Under the pieces are notes generated by a model. It had not been told where the DNA came from, made no database searches, and saw nothing but the letters and a program-made list of their open reading frames with translations. DNA of 64,000 nt from Staphylococcus phage vB_Sau_S24: the sequence record KY794643.1; one strand, 5' to 3'. Positions 57,434 through 64,000 of this stretch are shown in pieces; position 1 is the first letter of the stretch, and each line of letters starts with the position of its first letter. The position numbers were made by a program, and so were the translations under genes.

Positions 57434-58921
57434 CTACTTGAATGTTCCCCAAGCAACACCAGGTACTTGATTAGGTGGAACACCTTGACAAGTTCTAACA
57501 GGGCAATATACTCTGTTACCATTATAAGCGTTATAACCAATCCAAATATGACCCGCTTGGATTGCTACCTCGTCATATACAATTGTAGCTCCTGCCGGTA
57601 AGTTACCTCCTACTGGAGCGTTTAAGAATGGAGAACCTATTCTAGTTACTATAGGTTGGTTACCATTAACGAATGTTGCGTTTTCCGGTTTATACCAAGT
57701 TCCGTATTGGTTCTTTTTCCAAGAACCTGTAACTGGTCTAGTTGCCGGTGTACTTGCACTACTTGTTTTACCTTTTTTAACTACAGTAGAACTTGAAGTT
57801 CCGTTATTCATGTAGTTTTTAATTTGTTTAATGAAATAATCTTTAAGTTTATTCATTATTGCTTGTGATGGTCTTCCTTGTGTTACTGGATTGAATCCTG
57901 TATGAAGAACCATTGAACGGTGAGGGCACGCAGTAGGAACGAATTCCATATGCAATCTTACAGTTTTACGGTTAGGAGTAAGACCCCATTCTTTAAATTT
58001 CTCTGCTGTAAATTGGAATACTGCCTGTTCATTTTTAAGGAATTGAGCATCACTAGCACTCATTGATTGACAGACTTCAATACCTGCAAATCTAAAGTTA
58101 CCTGAGTTTGCTCCTGTTCCGTCTCCTGTATGCCAAGCAATTTGATTCTTAGCATCTATTGCTTCCCATACATAACCTTCAGAACCGTAGTAATGAGCAA
58201 TACCATTAGCATATCTAGCATAACCTGCTTTAGCTAATGAATTCTCGTATTGTTGTCCTGAAGAACGACCCGCATCGTTGTGTATTACCATGCCTTCAGG
58301 TTTTTTACCACGTTTATCCATTGTATAGTTAATATGATTCTTAGAAACTTTTAATGTTGCTTTCTTTTTAGGTGCAGGAGTTTTACTTGCACTCTTCTTA
58401 GCTGTTTCTTTTTTAACAGTAGTTCCTGCTTTTACAGGTATTTCAATGAAATGAGTTAATCCATAATAATTATCTACACGTTTTGTAGGTTTTTTATTAG
58501 CATAACCATTCCAGTTCTGCTCTAGGATAGTAAATGTTGAAGTATTACCTCCATCATATACAATACCTATATGACCCCATTGCTCATAACTACCTTCTGT
58601 ATAAACAGCAATCCAACCTTTTTTAGGTACTGTAGAAGGTTTGTTCTCGTGTATTTTAAAACCTGTACCATAGTTCTGTTTAATTTGGTCTTTAGCATTA
58701 CCCCAAGTTCTAACTTTATTATCTGTTAGCCATAATACATAATCTGTAATTAAGTCTTGACATTGTGCGTGATAATATTTATCTGCATCAATTGCCCCTG
58801 CTTCCATTACACCAAACGATGGGTCATAACTTGTTGCTTTTTTAACTCTATAAGGGCTATCCACTGTTCCTTTTGCATAAGCGTCTAAACGTTTGTTTAT
58901 TTCTGCTTGAGTCTTAGCCAT
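57434..58921 (-). CDS. lysK: endolysin, CHAP peptidase + amidase_2 + SH3b (LysK-like), intron-less
   Basis: 495 aa, near-identical to the phage K endolysin as I remember it; continuous ORF. Confidence 0.9.
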   Translation of the reverse strand: MAKTQAEINKRLDAYAKGTVDSPYRVKKATSYDPSFGVMEAGAIDADKYYHAQCQDLITDYVLWLTDNKVRTWGNAKDQIKQNYGTGFKIHENKPSTVPKKGWIAVYTEGSYEQWGHIGIVYDGGNTSTFTILEQNWNGYANKKPTKRVDNYYGLTHFIEIPVKAGTTVKKETAKKSASKTPAPKKKATLKVSKNHINYTMDKRGKKPEGMVIHNDAGRSSGQQYENSLAKAGYARYANGIAHYYGSEGYVWEAIDAKNQIAWHTGDGTGANSGNFRFAGIEVCQSMSASDAQFLKNEQAVFQFTAEKFKEWGLTPNRKTVRLHMEFVPTACPHRSMVLHTGFNPVTQGRPSQAIMNKLKDYFIKQIKNYMNNGTSSSTVVKKGKTSSASTPATRPVTGSWKKNQYGTWYKPENATFVNGNQPIVTRIGSPFLNAPVGGNLPAGATIVYDEVAIQAGHIWIGYNAYNGNRVYCPVRTCQGVPPNQVPGVAWGTFK

Positions 58922-59424
58922 TACTTAACTTCCTCCTCCGCAAATACTTTACCGTGTTCTTCGGTATCTTCTTCGTCTTGAGAAGGTGCTGAACCGCCAT
59001 CAATTTCATCTTCAATAGCAGGTACTTCATCACTATCATCTGTATCAGGCTCTGCATTGTTTTCGTAGTTGTCTAATTCAAAAGTACTAGCTGTGTTTGC
59101 ATTTGCTTGCCATTGAACAAATTCATTAGGGTCTTTACTATTACGAGGTTTTGTATAGTCTGTTTGAACAATCTCACTGTCTTTAAGACCTTTAGTATTA
59201 TTATCAACAATAATACCTAAACCTGCTAATAATGTTAGTATAGAACCTACGATATTAACACCTTGCTCAATTTGAGCTGAATAGTCTAAACCAAAAGCAC
59301 CTGTAATTTGATTAGCAAATACTGCTACTGCTGATATAATTGCTACCCAAAATGTTTTACTCTTAGTTCGTGTGCTAAGGTTTATTCCTCCAACAACTTT
59401 AGGTTGTTTAGTTTCATTAGCCAT
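58921..59424 (-). CDS. holA: holin (HolK-like)
   Basis: 167 aa, 2 TM, acidic C-terminal tail; overlaps the endolysin start. Confidence 0.85.
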   Translation of the reverse strand: MANETKQPKVVGGINLSTRTKSKTFWVAIISAVAVFANQITGAFGLDYSAQIEQGVNIVGSILTLLAGLGIIVDNNTKGLKDSEIVQTDYTKPRNSKDPNEFVQWQANANTASTFELDNYENNAEPDTDDSDEVPAIEDEIDGGSAPSQDEEDTEEHGKVFAEEEVK

Positions 59425-59508
59425 TAAAAAACCGACCTTTCTATTATATTTATTTCTAACAATAATATAACAGTAGGTCGGTCATGTTTAACTATATTAA
59501 TTTAACAC

Positions 59509-59694
59509 TTACTCGTTTATTTGATTTAATTTTTTAATAACTTCTGACATTTGTTTATTGTCTAAGTCTTCTAATTTAGTTTCAGGTAGTAGCTCTAATT
59601 TATCCCAAACTTCTTCTTTATTGGAAACTTTATTATTGATTACTGCTTTACCTACTAAACTCTCTGTATAGTATATTTGTTTTGCTGATGCCAT
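59509..59694 (-). CDS. hypothetical small protein
   Basis: ORF track. Confidence 0.4.
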   Translation of the reverse strand: MASAKQIYYTESLVGKAVINNKVSNKEEVWDKLELLPETKLEDLDNKQMSEVIKKLNQINE

Positions 59695-59734
59695 TTATAT
59701 CTCTCCTTTTAAATATGTAAAGTATATTAGTTTA

Positions 59735-59808
59735 CGACTCATACGAGACTCGAACTCGTACTCTCTGCCGTGACAGGGCAGTGTGTTAACCAGTTACACC
59801 AATGAGCC
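59735..59808 (-). tRNA. tRNA-Asp (anticodon GTC)
   Basis: Revcomp GGCTCAT…CTGCC-CTGTCAC-GGCAG…GAGTTCGAGTCTCGT-ATGAGTC-G; acceptor, anticodon and T arms all fold. Confidence 0.75.
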
Positions 59809-60919
59809 AAAATAAATGCTATACCCTAACCTTACCTTAATGTATAGCAGGTTTTCTCTTAGGTTCGAAGCAACGATTATTACCACTCATAACAACTATA
59901 TTTTAAGTGAAAGGAGGTGAAATGAACAAAGCGTGGTAATTGGTACCTAAGAAGGAAATATGTATAATCTACAGGGAGGGAGATATTCGTTTTTAAAGGA
60001 GTGTGAATAATCTAAAACATGAAAGAATGAAATTAAACTCCCTGTAGATTCTTTTAATTATCAATCAAAGGAGGAAACTGATAATTGTTAATAATAAACT
60101 ATAAAGAGGAAAATATTTATAGTCACATTCTGATATAATGCAACTAAACATCCAAGCATAACCCTTCTCACAGGGAACGTATGTATAAGACCTGTTATTA
60201 AGTGAATCACTACGATTGACTCTATTAAGGAGCTACCTTAAGTCCATCTCACGCAATCTAGTAGGGACTTACAAACCATTAACGGTCATAAGTTTAATAG
60301 ATAATGTGATATTAACATATTAGTTAATAACTTTCACACGGTATGAAGAATTAAATTATGTGGATATCATTATTTTTTTTCCAACATACCAAATATTTTT
60401 TAGTTCTGTAGATTTGTGCTACTTATACTGAGAACCTCTATTATCAAACACATTTCTGTGCTCCAACTACAGTTAGTCTTTACAGCGTATCTTTATAGGA
60501 TTCCGCTAAGACCCTATAAAGAAGTTAAACCCTAGTCGTTCTCATACTCTACAGACCTTATACACAAGTACCAAGTATACCAATCATATCTAACGATACT
60601 AATGACGACCTATCCTACCGATTGACTAAACCGATAAGTTTTAGTTCGTTTGATTATCTTGTACCTTATAGCTACCAAACTATTGTTCAGTCACTATGCT
60701 CAGATGTTTAGTTGTATTATTTATATATTAAGTATAACATAATGTATATTATTTGTCAAGTTAAATTAATAAAAAATTTTAAAAAAACATTGTTATTGTT
60801 TGAACTGGAAAACAATGTTAGAAAAAACAGTGATGTGTAAGGTATTTGTTTTATTGTTAATTACATTATAGCATATACTGATACCTTTGTCAAGTTAATT
60901 TAATACTTTTTTAAAAATA

Positions 60920-61138
60920 TTATTTATCTTTTGTTAATTCATCTTGAATAGCATCCCATCTTCTTTCTGCTTCACTACGATTATCTTCTACATGTTTTGT
61001 AGTTTTACAACATTTGATACAATATATATCTTTGATATGACCTTCTTCTCTTTTATTTGCTCTTTTTCTCGGTACTTTGAATACATTACCACATTCTTTA
61101 CATATTAAACTTGAGTAAAACATTTTCTGTCTTTTCAT
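60920..61138 (-). CDS. zinc-ribbon protein
   Basis: CKEC…CIKCC; leftward promoter TTGACT-N17-TATAGT at about 61160-61195. Confidence 0.5.
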   Translation of the reverse strand: MKRQKMFYSSLICKECGNVFKVPRKRANKREEGHIKDIYCIKCCKTTKHVEDNRSEAERRWDAIQDELTKDK

Positions 61139-61262
61139 AATTAATCAATCCTTTTCTTGTTTTATTTGATAGTTTAACTATATACTATATTGATAAATAA
61201 GTCAACAGTTTTCTAAAAATAATTTAAATTATTTTGAAGAATCCTTTAATACCAAGGGTTAC

Positions 61263-61486
61263 AAGAGAAAAAGTACGTATTTAGAAAATAAGGAGTACTC
61301 CTATTATATATAATTATATTCTGATATAAGTAATTAATAATATTAAATATATAATTATAATTAACAAGAACAGAAAAGTTACTATTCTGAGTAATAATTT
61401 ATAGTTATTTAAAGTAAAATCCCTTTATATCAGTACTTACAGAAGAAAAAGTACGTATTTAGAAAATAAGGAACTCTCCTATTATA
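61263..61486. repeat. Two about 45-bp direct repeats AAAAAGTACGTATTTAGAAAATAAGGA(G/A)…CTCCTATTATA, 177 bp apart
   Basis: Direct reading; copy 1 contains the palindrome GGAGTACTCC. Confidence 0.6.
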
Positions 61487-61604
61487 GTTATATATATATA
61501 TTTATTACTTATTATTAATTACTAATATATAATATATAATTAACAATGTTAAGAAGTCAACAATAAGACAAATAAAAAAGTGACTACTTAAAGTCACTCA
61601 ATAA

Positions 61605-61814
61605 TTAAAATACTAATTTAAAAGATTCTATTCTTCTTGGGTTAATATAAACTATACTAGAACTAATATCTTCAGTTGTATTAACTTTTACTGATACTGA
61701 ACTAGAACCACTAATCATATAATCTATATCTTGCCTACTATAACTCTTTTCATCAGTAGATACTAAAAAATATTTAGCACCACTTGACATTGTTATTTCA
61801 ATATGTTTTGACAT
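61605..61814 (-). CDS. hypothetical protein
   Basis: ORF; downstream hairpin plus T-run terminator at 61570-61600 (minus). Confidence 0.45.
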   Translation of the reverse strand: MSKHIEITMSSGAKYFLVSTDEKSYSRQDIDYMISGSSSVSVKVNTTEDISSSIVYINPRRIESFKLVF

Positions 61815-61826
61815 CTACAATCTCTC

Positions 61827-62159
61827 CTATGCAAATTTGTTAAAGACAAAGGATAATATAGCTCCTAGAACAAGTAAAAGAACCTTCTCAGTAGTATCCT
61901 TTTTCTTGGTATCCTTAGTTTTTGTACTTTCAGCAAGTTCTGAAATCTTTTCATCAAGTCTTTCTAATTGGACGTAAATTGCTGATTGTTTTTCACTATT
62001 GACAGCTACATCTTTATCTATACTAACTATCATTTTTCTTAGTTCAGCTACCTCAACTTCTAAATCTCTGAAAGTTCCTCTATCTATATAATTACCTTCT
62101 TGTATCTTAGACTTAATAGTATCTACTTGAGAAACAAGGTTGTTTATTTCCTTATCCAA
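61827..62159 (-). CDS. coiled-coil protein with C-terminal TM anchor
   Basis: ORF track. Confidence 0.5.
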   Translation of the reverse strand: MDKEINNLVSQVDTIKSKIQEGNYIDRGTFRDLEVEVAELRKMIVSIDKDVAVNSEKQSAIYVQLERLDEKISELAESTKTKDTKKKDTTEKVLLLVLGAILSFVFNKFA

Positions 62160-62171
62160 TTAGAATCACCC

Positions 62172-62498
62172 CTAAGGTCTAACCGTTTCAGACTCAGAAT
62201 GGGTATCATAATTTTCTAAGAAATCATTGATAATCTCCATATAATTATCTGTTACGACTTTTCCGTAGGATGTTCTAACGTCAATTTCGAATCTAAGTTT
62301 ACCGAAGTCTTGGAGGTCTAACTCTTTTATTACAATATTCGGGTCATCAGAAGGAAGGTAATAATAGTCGAAGTATATAATTGAGCCATTTATTAGTAGA
62401 CGGTTTATTCTATACATATGAAAGAATTTTCTGTCTCGTTTGAAATGAGCTAGTGCATCTTTAAACTCTAACTTAAGGATATCCTTATATTTAGTCAA
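62172..62498 (-). CDS. hypothetical protein
   Basis: ORF track. Confidence 0.45.
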   Translation of the reverse strand: MTKYKDILKLEFKDALAHFKRDRKFFHMYRINRLLINGSIIYFDYYYLPSDDPNIVIKELDLQDFGKLRFEIDVRTSYGKVVTDNYMEIINDFLENYDTHSESETVRP

Positions 62499-62530
62499 AG
62501 TGGTAACCTCCTTACTATTAATTTTTAATT

Positions 62531-62797
62531 TTACTTATTTTGTGGTATAATAGTTATGATAAAAGCAGTTATTATAATTATATTAAGGATAACGATAATA
62601 ATTATTTTTTCTGAGAAAATAAGCCAAATACTAACAACAGATAAACCGTAGATAGCTGATAGATATACTATATTAATAGTTATCTTACTTTTATCTTTTC
62701 TATAGATAGAATAACCTAAAGACGTTGTAACACCACTAAGTATAAAATAATAGAAACAAAAAAGAGGTATAGACACAAAAAAAGATACGATAATCAT
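62531..62797 (-). CDS. small membrane protein
   Basis: Hydrophobic. Confidence 0.45.
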   Translation of the reverse strand: MIIVSFFVSIPLFCFYYFILSGVTTSLGYSIYRKDKSKITINIVYLSAIYGLSVVSIWLIFSEKIIIIVILNIIIITAFIITIIPQNK

Positions 62798-62936
62798 TGT
62801 TAAACACCTATTTCTTTTGACCTATTATTTCTAGAACTTTTAGATTACACCACTAATATAACATTAAAATATAGTCATAAAAGTCAATTGTTAGATTAAT
62901 AATATAATAAAAAAAGACAATAGGAGGTTAAAGTGG

Positions 62937-63323
62937 TTGAATAATAACATAGCTATATTCATATTCAAAACTTTGGTTATTATTATATTCTTACTGCTAA
63001 TTTTGTCTGTTATTAATTCCTTGTCCCTTATTTACTCAATAAGACCGAGTGTAGTTATGACATACTTTCTCTTTGGTGGTCTTGTTTCTAATGTCGCACT
63101 TACTATAACAGATAAGTTCCTACTTAAGAAAGAAGACCCCTTACCTGAGTATGTTCTTAAACAGGTAGAGATAAACGATAAAGAAATAAAAATAATCAAG
63201 AAAATCATAGAAAGTAACTACGGTATAACAGCAGAAGAGATAAAAGTTAGAGCTAAAGCACAAAGAAGGGTAGAGGAAGATAGTAAAAAGGAAGATTACG
63301 ATGAAAACGAAGAAAGAAATTAA
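62937..63323 (+). CDS. membrane protein (first gene of the rightward module)
   Basis: RBS aataggaggtt; TM helices. Confidence 0.5.
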   Translation: MNNNIAIFIFKTLVIIIFLLLILSVINSLSLIYSIRPSVVMTYFLFGGLVSNVALTITDKFLLKKEDPLPEYVLKQVEINDKEIKIIKKIIESNYGITAEEIKVRAKAQRRVEEDSKKEDYDENEERN

Positions 63324-63579
63324 AGAACAAAGGAAAGAACTTAAGGATGGTGCTACAACTGTTTCTTTAGTAAAAAAAGGAGATAAGAGAATAGCTAGTC
63401 CTAGTAGAATTTGTAGTCTATGCGGTCAGCAGTTATCAGGTATGAATTATACTAAAGGGAAAGCATTAGCAAAAGTTAATCATTTCCATTTACAGTATTC
63501 TAAGTATATTTATTTTGATATCTGTGCTGATATCAACAATTGTTATAAAAATTTAAGAAAACGAGGTGAAATGGATTGA
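63301..63579 (+). CDS. hypothetical basic protein
   Basis: ORF track. Confidence 0.4.
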   Translation: MKTKKEIKEQRKELKDGATTVSLVKKGDKRIASPSRICSLCGQQLSGMNYTKGKALAKVNHFHLQYSKYIYFDICADINNCYKNLRKRGEMD

Positions 63580-63986
63580 GTGCAGAAAATATTAGAGATA
63601 TAATTAACAAGAAAAAGTTAGAAGAAGAGGATACAAGAAAGTATATAGCTGATGGATTTATGAACGGTATCGGTAAATTAATGTATGAATTCAATAAAAA
63701 AGTAGATAATAAAGAAATAGAAGTTAAAGACCCTAACGATTTATATAAACTATTTGTGATATTCTCTCAAATGCAGAATATGGTTAATGAAACTTCTGAA
63801 GGTGGAGCAATACCTCAGCTATCTAGACCTCAACAAGAATTATTTGAAGAGATTACAACAGAAGATAGTAACGGAGAGTCTACAGTAGACTTACAAAAAA
63901 TATCAGAAATGTCAGCGGAAGATATTACAGAAATGATTTCCGAGAAGGAAAGAGTAATGAATGAGGAAAATTCTGAGACATTCTAA
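63576..63986 (+). CDS. hypothetical acidic protein
   Basis: ORF track. Confidence 0.45.
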   Translation: MSAENIRDIINKKKLEEEDTRKYIADGFMNGIGKLMYEFNKKVDNKEIEVKDPNDLYKLFVIFSQMQNMVNETSEGGAIPQLSRPQQELFEEITTEDSNGESTVDLQKISEMSAEDITEMISEKERVMNEENSETF

Positions 63987-64000
63987 GGAGAAAGATATAA

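Noticed and set aside
57434-58921. Group I intron or intron-encoded endonuclease inside the endolysin gene
   Set aside because: The ORF is continuous over 495 codons and all three domains are intact; no intron is present in this genome.
59820-59900. Additional tRNA next to tRNA-Asp (GGTTCGAAG on the plus strand at about 59853)
   Set aside because: I could not assemble acceptor or anticodon stems around it by eye; left for covariance-model checking.
1-64000. Prophage or integration features (integrase, att sites, repressor/Cro switch)
   Set aside because: No integrase or excisionase motifs were seen. The gene content (LysK-like lysin, tRNAs, Pnkp, nucleotide-metabolism genes, hundreds of tiny ORFs) is that of a virulent Kayvirus-type genome. 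The single XRE HTH gene at 54759 is not paired with a divergent repressor.

Overview
AT-rich (about 30% GC) window from a large virulent Staphylococcus myovirus of the phage K / Kayvirus type (Twortvirinae). I base this on the near-identity, as I remember the sequences, of the 495-aa CHAP-amidase-SH3b endolysin (LysK-like, 57434..58921, minus) and the adjacent 167-aa holin (HolK-like, 58921..59424), and on the surrounding gene set: serine/threonine phosphatase, NADAR, MazG, AAA ATPase, PhoH, RNase H, nucleoside deoxyribosyltransferase, transglycosylase and an SPFH membrane protein. Layout: (i) 1..22.7 kb, plus strand: dozens of tiny ORFs including many one- or two-TM membrane proteins, a PRPP-synthetase-like plus Nampt-like pair (13471..15866), a kinase-phosphatase-RNA-ligase (Pnkp-like) fusion (17901..20174) and a free-standing PD-(D/E)XK/NUMOD1 endonuclease-like gene (21589..22680). 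(ii) 23.2..27.4 kb, plus strand: a tandem array of two paralogous small-protein families. (iii) 28.1..35.5 kb, plus strand: a dense early-gene (host-takeover-like) array. Each 50-160 aa ORF has its own consensus sigma-A-type promoter, frequently with the -35 hexamer sitting in the loop of a GC-clamped hairpin, followed by a re-used 5'UTR/RBS cassette. A free-standing HNH endonuclease gene is inserted on the opposite strand. This block resembles the long terminal repeat region of Kayviruses, but repeat boundaries cannot be established from one copy. (iv) 35.7..62.8 kb, minus strand: left-arm genes running into tRNA-like genes and the lysis cassette, with ORF-free, apparently structured RNA regions at 38.9-39.5 kb and 59.9-60.9 kb. 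(v) 62.9 kb to the end: the beginning of a rightward module. No CRISPR array, integrase or rRNA was seen. The most notable signals are a probable NAD+ reconstitution/anti-defence module, NADAR, Pnkp-like RNA repair, paralog expansions, recurring promoter/operator cassettes, tandem repeats and G-rich boundary-like elements.
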